A stretch of 64,000 nt of DNA from the NCBI GenBank assembly GCA_023665365.1, contig JAMPEA010000003.1, positions 26,321 to 90,320 on the forward strand, given 5' to 3'. The position numbers and the translations under genes were made by a program. How positions within the stretch are numbered: position 1 is the stretch's first letter; every line of letters starts with the position of its first letter. Positions 30,521-37,859 of this stretch are shown one piece after another. This DNA is from Bacillota bacterium. Lineage in GTDB: Bacteria > Bacillota > Clostridia > Christensenellales > CAG-917. The notes under the pieces are model-generated. The model saw only the letters and a list, made by a program, of their open reading frames with translations. It was not told the DNA's origin and ran no database searches.

Positions 30521-30567
30521 CTTTAAACGAGGTTCGGTCAATCTCCAAGTCCCTACTTGGTTTAAAG
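30521..30567 (+). promoter_or_regulatory. Structured rpsO 5' leader (candidate S15 autoregulatory element)
   Basis: CTTTAAAC at 30521-30528 pairs with GTTTAAAG at 30560-30567 and encloses the CCAAGT-CCCT-ACTTGG hairpin. It lies about 33 nt upstream of the rpsO ATG. S15 leaders are known in Firmicutes, but this was not tested against a model. Confidence 0.35.
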
Positions 30568-30600
30568 CGAATTATCTATCCAGCGAAGGAGGTTAAATCA

Positions 30601-30864
30601 ATGGATAAGGAAACAAAGCAACAGATCATCGCAACTTATGCCCGCAGCGAGGGCGACACGGGTTCGCCCGAAGTGCAAATCGCGCTTCTCACAAAGCGTA
30701 TTCAAGAGCTTACGGAGCACCTCAAAGTGCACCACAAGGACCACCACAGCCGCAGAGGTCTGCTTATGATGGTCGGACACAGAAGAAGCCTGCTCAACTA
30801 CTTGAAGGATACGGACATCGAGAGATACCGCGCAATCGTCAACTCGCTCGGACTCAGAAAGTAA
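30601..30864 (+). CDS. rpsO: 30S ribosomal protein S15
   Basis: 87 aa with [50 protein letters not shown] is present. Confidence 0.97.
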   Translation: MDKETKQQIIATYARSEGDTGSPEVQIALLTKRIQELTEHLKVHHKDHHSRRGLLMMVGHRRSLLNYLKDTDIERYRAIVNSLGLRK

Positions 30865-30931
30865 AATTAAAAGAGTGTGGATTTTTCCGCACTTTTTTAA
30901 CGTAGTAACGTCAGCCGCCGCAACTTATTTC

Positions 30932-30964
30932 GCAAAATGGGGGGATTGACTTCCCTCATTTTGC
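30932..30964 (+). repeat. R2 repeat family hairpin
   Basis: GCAAAATGGGGGGATTGACTTCCCTCATTTTGC in the rpsO-pnp intergenic region. Confidence 0.7.
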
Positions 30965-31050
30965 ACCTTATGAGTTTGCGCTCAAAGCACGTCTTGCGAG
31001 TAAATATAATTTGATTAGAATTTGCTATTCTCGCAAACGTGCGTCCCCGC

Positions 31051-31083
31051 GGGGTCCCCACAAAACGTCCCTGTTTTGAGGGG
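31051..31083 (+). repeat. R1 repeat family hairpin
   Basis: GGGGTCCCCACAAAACGTCCCTGTTTTGAGGGG in the pnp 5' leader. Confidence 0.8.
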
Positions 31084-31157
31084 TAGAGGGGTTGACGTTT
31101 GGCGCAAAATTAAAAAATATAGGGAATGACGGAATTCCCAGAATAGGAGTAAAACTT

Positions 31158-33272
31158 ATGGAAAGAAAAATTTTCAAAACAACTGTCGGCGGCAGAGAAC
31201 TCGTCGTCGAAACAGGCGCTTATTGCGGTCAGGCAAACGGCTCGTGCGTGGTGCGTTGCGGAGATACCGTCGTTATGGTCAACGCTACGATGTCCAAAAC
31301 TCCGCGCGACGGAATGGACTTTTTCCCGCTCAGCGTCGACTACGAAGAGAAGATGTACGCAATCGGCAAAATCCCCGGCGGATTTAAGAAGAGAGAGGGC
31401 AGAGCAAGCGATAAAGCTATCCTCACCTCCCGCCTCATCGACCGCCCGATTCGCCCCTTGTTCCCAAAGGGCATATACAACGACGTGACGGTCATCGCAA
31501 CCGTTTTGTCCGTGGATACGAATATCCCGCCCGAAGTGTTCGGCATGATCGGCTCGTCCGTTGCGCTTAGCATATCCGACATTCCTTGGGCAGGTCCTAC
31601 GGGCTCGGTCGTAGTGGGAATGGTTGACGGGCAGTACGTCATCAATCCCGACTCCGAACAGCGCGCAAAATCCAGACTTACGCTCAACCTCAGCGGCACG
31701 AAAGACGCAATTATGATGGTTGAGGCGGGTTCGGAGGAAATCTCCGAGCAGGAAATGCTCGGCGCTATCCTCTTCGGACACGAGGAAATCAAAAAGATTG
31801 TCGCGTTCATCGAGGGCATACAAGCCGAGGTCGGCAAAAAGAAGCTCGATATTGAGCTCGAACACGTCCCCGAGGACATCGACGCGGCGGTGCGCGCATA
31901 TGCGGATAAGAAGATGGACTACGTCCTCGAAGCCTTCGACCGCTACGAGCGCGAGGCGAGAGAGGACGCGCTCAATGAGGACGTACTCGCTCACTTCATC
32001 AACGAGTATAACGACGTTCCCAAGAAGGTCAAGTTCATTCTCGACAGCCTCTACTATCTCAAAAAAGAGAAAGTCCGCGCAAAGATTTTGAATGACGGCG
32101 TTCGTCCCGACGGCAGAAAACTTACCGAAATCCGTCCAATTTGGTGCGAAGTCGGTATGCTCCCTCGCGTTCACGGAAGCGCCATCTTTACAAGAGGTCA
32201 GACGCAGGCTATGACGACTTGTACGCTCGGCACAATCTCCGAGGCGCAAAGGCTCGAAGGTCTCGACGACGACTACTACAAGAGATATATGCACCAGTAC
32301 AATATGCCCGGATACTCCACAGGCGAGGCGAAATCCCTCAAAAGCCCCGGCAGACGCGAAATCGGTCACGGCGCACTCGCCGAGCGCGCTCTCGAACCCG
32401 TTCTTCCGAGCGAGGAGGAGTTCCCGTACGCAATCCGTACCGTGTCGGACATTTTGAGCTCCAACGGCTCGACTTCGCAGGCCTCCGTGTGCGGCAGTAC
32501 GCTCGCGCTTATGGACGCAGGCGTTCCGATTAAAGCTCCCGTCGCGGGCATCGCAATGGGTCTTATCAAAAACGAGGAGCTGGGCAAGGTCGCTGTCCTT
32601 TCGGACATTCAAGGCTTAGAGGACTTCCTCGGCGATATGGACTTCAAAGTTGCGGGTACGTCAAAAGGCATCACCGCAATCCAAATGGATATAAAAATCA
32701 AGGGCATTGACGAAAATATCCTCACTCGCGCGCTTGAACAGGCAAGGCTCGGCAGGCTCGAAATCCTCGACAAGATGCTCGCAACGCTTCCCGCGCCTCG
32801 CGCGGACCTCAGCAAGTGGGCGCCTAAAATCGTGTCCTTCTCAATCGACCCCGACAAGCTCGGCGACGTAATCGGCAAGGGCGGAAAGACTATCAACAAG
32901 ATTATCGAGGATACCGGCGTTAAGATTGACCTCAACGACGAGGGCACTGTGTTTATCGCCTCCAACGACGATGCCGCAATCAAAAAGGCTCGCTCCATCA
33001 TCGAGAATATAGTGCGCGACGTGGAAATCGGCGACGTTTACGAGGGCATCGTAACCAAGATTATGGAAAACGACAAGGGGCAGTTCGGCGCAAGCGTCAA
33101 CTTCGCTCCCGGCAAGGACGGAATGATACACATTTCCAAGCTCTCCGAAAAGCGCGTCGATAAAGTCACCGACGTCGTAAACGTAGGCGATATAGTCATC
33201 GTCAAGGTGATTAAGATTGATGAGAAGCATCGTGTGGATTTGCGCCTCAAAGAAGTTGTCCGCAAAGCCTAA
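31158..33272 (+). CDS. pnp: Polyribonucleotide nucleotidyltransferase (PNPase)
   Basis: The ATG at 31158 follows AGGAG and gives MERKIFKTTVGGREL. The track start at 31092 is TTG. Two RNase PH domains plus KH (GKGGKTINKI) and S1 domains are present. Confidence 0.97.
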   Translation: MERKIFKTTVGGRELVVETGAYCGQANGSCVVRCGDTVVMVNATMSKTPRDGMDFFPLSVDYEEKMYAIGKIPGGFKKREGRASDKAILTSRLIDRPIRPLFPKGIYNDVTVIATVLSVDTNIPPEVFGMIGSSVALSISDIPWAGPTGSVVVGMVDGQYVINPDSEQRAKSRLTLNLSGTKDAIMMVEAGSEEISEQEMLGAILFGHEEIKKIVAFIEGIQAEVGKKKLDIELEHVPEDIDAAVRAYADKKMDYVLEAFDRYEREAREDALNEDVLAHFINEYNDVPKKVKFILDSLYYLKKEKVRAKILNDGVRPDGRKLTEIRPIWCEVGMLPRVHGSAIFTRGQTQAMTTCTLGTISEAQRLEGLDDDYYKRYMHQYNMPGYSTGEAKSLKSPGRREIGHGALAERALEPVLPSEEEFPYAIRTVSDILSSNGSTSQASVCGSTLALMDAGVPIKAPVAGIAMGLIKNEELGKVAVLSDIQGLEDFLGDMDFKVAGTSKGITAIQMDIKIKGIDENILTRALEQARLGRLEILDKMLATLPAPRADLSKWAPKIVSFSIDPDKLGDVIGKGGKTINKIIEDTGVKIDLNDEGTVFIASNDDAAIKKARSIIENIVRDVEIGDVYEGIVTKIMENDKGQFGASVNFAPGKDGMIHISKLSEKRVDKVTDVVNVGDIVIVKVIKIDEKHRVDLRLKEVVRKA

Positions 33273-33302
33273 GCGGTTTATTTAGCGAAATACTTTGTCA
33301 AA

Positions 33303-33374
33303 CGCCTATCTCTTCACCGTCACGTACAATTTAGTACGTTAGGCGGTTTGAGATAGGCGCTTTTCGCGTCTTTT
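33303..33374 (+). terminator. pnp terminator (core of a longer palindrome)
   Basis: CGCCTATCTC at 33303-33312 pairs with GAGATAGGCG at 33350-33359. An inner ACGTAC/GTACGT stem is present, and CTTTTCGCGTCTTTT follows. Confidence 0.6.
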
Positions 33375-33460
33375 ACTAAATATTTTCGCTTGGGCTTTGC
33401 GGACAATATTATTGCCTTACGCCATTTGATATTATCGGTTTTAATGTGTAGCCAAATATG

Positions 33461-33487
33461 AAAAAGCGCGTCAAGCGACACGCTTTT
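33461..33487 (-). terminator. Terminator of the bPH_2 gene
   Basis: On the minus strand the sequence reads AAAAGCGTGTC-GCTT-GACGCGCTTTTT. The single non-Watson-Crick pair is G-U only in this orientation. Confidence 0.65.
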
Positions 33488-33511
33488 GTAGGGTTAGAAC
33501 ATAAAAACTAC

Positions 33512-34063
33512 TCATACTTGCTTGTTAGGCTCTGCAATATTTTCAACAGAGATAATAGGCTCAGCAGGGCGAAGCGTTTTTGCGTTTTCATAATTGTCAA
33601 GCGCATACATAACAGCAGTTTTAATACTTTTAAAGTTTGTTACGCCGTTCCACCTGTGTCCGATAATTCCATATACGCTGTTAGATATTACAATAGTGCC
33701 ATATTTGAATATCCTTTGCCAAATGGTTTGTATGCATCTCACCACCTGAATTTTGTTAAGCGGAATGTCTAAGTATCTATGAGTCAAAAATCCGCAAAAG
33801 TATATTATGCGTTTGTTTGTCACAACGAAAGTGCGAGATAGATATGTAGCTGTATATATACCGCATACAACAAAAAGGATAAATATAACTAAAACCACAA
33901 TTAACCATCCAATGTCGTCGATAACGGTGGCGGCACTTACAGCGATTAGGATAATCGTTATTAACGCCGTTACTGCCCAAAGGATGATTATCGGGATTTT
34001 GGTGAAGGTCATTTCTTTCAAGATTTTTTCATCATCGTATAGAATATCGCTGATATGTTGCAA
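33512..34063 (-). CDS. Membrane protein with bacterial PH domain (bPH_2, YdbS/YdbT-like)
   Basis: 183 aa with a TTG start preceded by GGAGAA. Two TM helices are followed by FVVTNKRIIYFCGFLTHRYLDIPLNKIQ...GTIVI, typical of bPH_2. The gene is AT-rich. Confidence 0.7.
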   Translation of the reverse strand: MQHISDILYDDEKILKEMTFTKIPIIILWAVTALITIILIAVSAATVIDDIGWLIVVLVIFILFVVCGIYTATYLSRTFVVTNKRIIYFCGFLTHRYLDIPLNKIQVVRCIQTIWQRIFKYGTIVISNSVYGIIGHRWNGVTNFKSIKTAVMYALDNYENAKTLRPAEPIISVENIAEPNKQV

Positions 34064-34174
34064 TTTTGTTCTCCAAAGTGTTTTTTATTAAAGTTTAATC
34101 TAAAACAGGTTAACCGTCAAGAGGTTAGAAATAATTACATTATAATTTTTTTAATAATTCACAGGATTTGGTTG

Positions 34175-34387
34175 ATGTATAGAAGAATAAGAGATTTACG
34201 CGAGGATTGCGACCTAAATCAGACAGCCGTTGCCAAAATGCTCGGAATGTCGCAAACCGGATATTCGAAGTACGAAACGGGGGAGAACGACGTGCCTACC
34301 GCGGTTTTGATAAAGCTCGCGGATTTTTACGGTACAAGCGTAGATTATCTTTTAGGGCTTACAAACAATCCCAAGCGAAATATTTAG
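34175..34387 (+). CDS. XRE-family HTH transcriptional regulator (70 aa)
   Basis: The in-frame ATG at 34175 gives MYRRIRDLREDCDLNQTAVAKMLGMSQTGYSKYETGENDVPTAVLIKLADFYGTSVDYLLGL, a classic HTH_3. It is divergent from the bPH gene and lies 80 nt upstream of the RF-like operon. Confidence 0.8.
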   Translation: MYRRIRDLREDCDLNQTAVAKMLGMSQTGYSKYETGENDVPTAVLIKLADFYGTSVDYLLGLTNNPKRNI

Positions 34388-34432
34388 CCGCTATTTCAGG
34401 GATAGGTAAGTTTTCTATTTTCAAAGTTATTA

Positions 34433-34461
34433 ATGACTTTTTAATTATATAGTGGTATACT
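34433..34461 (+). promoter_or_regulatory. Candidate extended -10 promoter placing the TSS at or next to the RF-like ATG (leaderless)
   Basis: ATGACT at 34433-34438, a 17-nt spacer, TG at 34453-34454, and TATACT at 34456-34461. The ATG at 34468 is only 6 nt downstream, and no Shine-Dalgarno sequence is present. Confidence 0.4.
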
Positions 34462-34467
34462 AATTTT

Positions 34468-35475
34468 ATGTACGGTATTTACGGCGATATAATCGTGGCG
34501 GCGGAGAGGGCGCTTGAATGCTTCGAGGAGACGGAAGAACTCTTGGAATATCCCGAAGTACAGGCGGACAAAGCGTATTATTTGTCCGTCTTGTCAAAGT
34601 ATAACGGACTTAAAGTTTTAAAGGACAATCTGACGGCGTTAAAGGCGGCTCTTGACGACGAGAAGGCGACGCTCGCACTGCTTGCCGACGCAAGTTCGGA
34701 TAAGGAGCGCGACGCGGTGTATGCCGAATTGACGGCTTTGAAGAGGAGCGCGTCCGAATTATCCGCGTCGCTGTCCGACGCGCTTGGGTGCAGACACGCG
34801 GAAGAACGCGCGTACCTCCGAATGAGATTTAAAGAGGTCTCGTCGAAGTTCGGGACTGAATTGTTTGCGCTTATAAAGGCGGATATGTCGTCGCGCGGCG
34901 TGAAGATTTTAAGCGAAAATGCCGTTTCATCGAAAGACGGATACGTGCAAGAGATTTCCTGCATATTCGAGGGCGTTGACGTAATCGCGCGGCTAAGTCC
35001 GCTTTCGGGAGCGCACAAGGTGTATATAGCCAAGGCGCAATCCGAGGAGATTTGCTTTGCGGTTACGCCGTCCGCTAAGGCGGAAGCGGTGTCTGAAAAC
35101 GATTTGAAAATAGACGTTTTCCATTCGAGCGGAGCGGGCGGACAAAACGTAAATAAGGTGGAAACGGCGGTGCGCGTCACGCATATTCCCACGGGACTTA
35201 GCGTGGTTTGTCAGGACGAGCGTTCGCAGTTGAAAAACAAGAGGCGCGCTTTGGAAACTATTGAAAAGCGACTCAACGAGATGAACGAGCAGGCTGAGAA
35301 AAGCCGCATAGAAGCCGACGTGCGCGCGCAGTTCGCGCATAAGAATACTCCGTTGTCGTTCGATTCGGCGCGGCGCACTTTGACGGATACGAGGCTCAAA
35401 GCGTTTTCGCAAATTCCGTTTCCGCTAACAAACGAGCAGTTCACCTCGTATTTAAACGGACTTATGGCGTTATGA
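34468..35475 (+). CDS. Class-I peptide chain release factor paralogue (RF1-like, GGQ intact, codon-recognition loop missing)
   Basis: 335 aa. The N-terminal helical domain is RF1-like (ELLEYPEV...). Domain 3 reads [43 protein letters not shown]. The region equivalent to the RF1 PxT loop is shortened ([22 protein letters not shown]). Confidence 0.8.
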   Translation: [335 protein letters not shown]

Positions 35476-37859
35476 ACAGGATTACGGTTGACACAAAAAA
35501 GATAGCTTTATCTTCAAACCGAAGCGTTTATAAGACGGAGGGCTTCATCAATCAGACGCGCAAAGTGCTGGCAATCGACGCGTTTATTTCGCGTATAGCG
35601 GAGGGCGTATTCGGCGCGAATATCGAGCTTTCTTACGGCTGTCATACGGCGCAAACCGCAGACGGGCTTTATACGCTGTTTTTATGCCGCAGGCGCGCGG
35701 ACGAGAGACTTGGCGAGGGCGATATAGTCTTTTACAAATTTCTAAGCGCAAACCCGTCGGACGGAGGCACTGACAGGCGACTCGGCGACTATATTTTGAA
35801 CAACGACCAAATCGAAGTCGTTCTCAAAGGCGTGTCCGACGACGCAGTGACCGACGAGGACCTCACAAGGCTTTATCTCGTATCGGGTTCGGACGGCATA
35901 GTAAACTTTCCCTATCTCAACGAGACGCAACGCAGGATTGTTGAGACAGAGGACGCAAATATGCTCGTGCAAGGCATCGCGGGCAGCGGCAAGACCAACG
36001 TTTGCATAGAAAAAATCGTATATTGCGCCTGTCGAAATTATCGCGGCACTGTGCTGTATACGACCTTTTCACGAGGGCTGCTCAGCGAGACTCGCAATCG
36101 CGTGGAGTTATTTTCGAGAAATATCGACGGCTTTATCTCAGCATACGAGGGCGGGAACGTGGTGTTCCTCGACGAAAACCACAAAAAAGCGGTCGAAAAC
36201 AAGTTGGGGATTTTATTTTCCGTGGACGAGGACTGCGAAATAATCTCCGCACTCAAACGCATTTCGACGTTTTTGAAAGAAAAAGTGGAGTATCGCCTTA
36301 TCGAGGATATATACGCCGAGCTATTCCCAAAGAAGCGAGTCGCGGGCGAAAGCGTATTTTTAAATCAGTATCTCGGCGCGGGCAAAAACTACAAGCTGTC
36401 CGGCGCGCTCGACAGAATAAAGCACATTGCGCCCGAAATCATATACAAAGAGATTTACGGAATGATTTTCGGCAAGTACGAGCTTGAAACCCCGCAAGAT
36501 ATGATGGGACGGGACGAGTACGCCGAGGCGAGGAGCGACAGCTTTACGCGGCGCGAGTGCGACGTAATATACTCGGTTGCGACGGACTACGCGGAGTTTT
36601 TAAGGAAGCGCGATTACACGGATAACAACCTTATGAGCCGCGAGATTTTGAATACCGTTACGTCGCCGAAGTATTCCGTCGGCGTCATCGACGAGGCGCA
36701 GGATTTCACGCAAGTCAACCTTTGTCTTATGAAAAAACTTTGCAGAAAGCTATTCTGTGTAGGCGACGCGTTGCAGATGATAAATCCGTCCTATTTCAAT
36801 TTCGGATATTTGAAGCGCATTATGTACGGCGACGTCACAGGCGTAAACGAATTGCGCCACAACTATCGCAGTACTCAGACGATAGAGAAAATCGCGGAAA
36901 AGCTCGGCGAGATGAATATGCAACGCTTCGGCACGCACAGCTTTGTATTGAAAGGCGAAAGCGTTCCGTCGCCTCTTCCGTCGGCGGCGGTGCTGGTCAA
37001 GGATAGAAGTTTTGCGCAATCGCTGAGCGACAGGAGATTTGAAAACGTCACGGTGGTCGTATCCTCGCAACAGAAAAAGGAGAAGTTGCGCAAGGTCCTC
37101 GGCAAGACCGAAATTCTAACGGTAGCCGAGGCAAAGGGTTTGGAGCGAAACACAGTCATACTCGCCGACGTGCTGAGCGACAATGCGGATAAGTGGAAAT
37201 ATCTGCACAATATGTCCCTCAACAGAAAGACTGCCGACGAGAACTCGGTTTTCAGATACTACTTCAATCTGTTTTACGTGGGCATATCGCGCGCAAAGCA
37301 GTATCTGTTCGTTGCCGAGTCTGACTATCCTGAGTTTTTCAATCCGCTATTCAACGAGTGTTTCGAGCGCATGAGCAAGGACGACGCGCTTGCGTACTTA
37401 AAAGATATTGTCGGCAGTTTGGAGATTGACGACGACGAGTTCATCGAGCGTATTGAAAAATTCTGCTCGCTCGAACAGTACGACAACGCGCGCAACACCG
37501 CCGACAGGCTGTCGTCCGAGGAACTGCGTAAAAAACAGCTTGTATATATATCCGTGCACGAAAAATATCTGCGCTACGGCAGGACGCGCGACGCAGGCGT
37601 AGAGTATTGGCGGCAGGGCATGGACGCAGAAGCAAGGGAAATGTTCACTCTCTCGGGCGACCAAAAGCTGTTTCCGCTTATGGACGCGTGCAAGCAGGGC
37701 GGCGGAGCGCTCGACCCCGAAATCGTCAAATTTTATCCGCTCGTCGAGGATAACGACGTTGCGAAGAGGATAATAATAGATACGCTAAACAGAGACAGCG
37801 GCGAAATCGCGGCAAATTTGAAAACCGCAAACGCAAGTCTTAGGAGGAAAAAACAATGA
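35472..37859 (+). CDS. UvrD/PcrA-like superfamily-1 helicase with unassigned N- and C-terminal domains
   Basis: 795 aa with SF1 motifs LNETQRRIV, GIAGSGKTN, VIDEAQDF, CVGDALQMI, NYRST, AEAKGLERNTVIL and YVGISRAKQYLFV. The start overlaps the RF-like stop (ATGA). Confidence 0.85.
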   Translation: MNRITVDTKKIALSSNRSVYKTEGFINQTRKVLAIDAFISRIAEGVFGANIELSYGCHTAQTADGLYTLFLCRRRADERLGEGDIVFYKFLSANPSDGGTDRRLGDYILNNDQIEVVLKGVSDDAVTDEDLTRLYLVSGSDGIVNFPYLNETQRRIVETEDANMLVQGIAGSGKTNVCIEKIVYCACRNYRGTVLYTTFSRGLLSETRNRVELFSRNIDGFISAYEGGNVVFLDENHKKAVENKLGILFSVDEDCEIISALKRISTFLKEKVEYRLIEDIYAELFPKKRVAGESVFLNQYLGAGKNYKLSGALDRIKHIAPEIIYKEIYGMIFGKYELETPQDMMGRDEYAEARSDSFTRRECDVIYSVATDYAEFLRKRDYTDNNLMSREILNTVTSPKYSVGVIDEAQDFTQVNLCLMKKLCRKLFCVGDALQMINPSYFNFGYLKRIMYGDVTGVNELRHNYRSTQTIEKIAEKLGEMNMQRFGTHSFVLKGESVPSPLPSAAVLVKDRSFAQSLSDRRFENVTVVVSSQQKKEKLRKVLGKTEILTVAEAKGLERNTVILADVLSDNADKWKYLHNMSLNRKTADENSVFRYYFNLFYVGISRAKQYLFVAESDYPEFFNPLFNECFERMSKDDALAYLKDIVGSLEIDDDEFIERIEKFCSLEQYDNARNTADRLSSEELRKKQLVYISVHEKYLRYGRTRDAGVEYWRQGMDAEAREMFTLSGDQKLFPLMDACKQGGGALDPEIVKFYPLVEDNDVAKRIIIDTLNRDSGEIAANLKTANASLRRKKQ

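Noticed and set aside
29021-30600. Target-site duplications flanking the first AAA ATPase gene (TGGAAATA..G at both the hemZ and ATPase 3' ends; TGATAATAT on both sides)
   Set aside because: Only 8-9-bp matches were found in very AT-rich sequence. This is not distinguishable from chance, unlike the 22-bp repeats at the second ATPase.
31110-32612. 500-aa minus-strand ORF inside pnp
   Set aside because: It is antisense to an unambiguous PNPase gene. Its composition (R, A, V, D, H runs) fits a shadow ORF.
34468-35475. Possibility that the degenerate RF1 signals a reassigned stop codon or alternative genetic code
   Set aside because: TAA, TAG and TGA each terminate several confident housekeeping genes at expected lengths (TAG: ruvB, tgt, hemZ; TGA: clpC, pgi, recJ, secD; TAA: galE, pnp, rpsO). 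No in-frame stops interrupt conserved genes.
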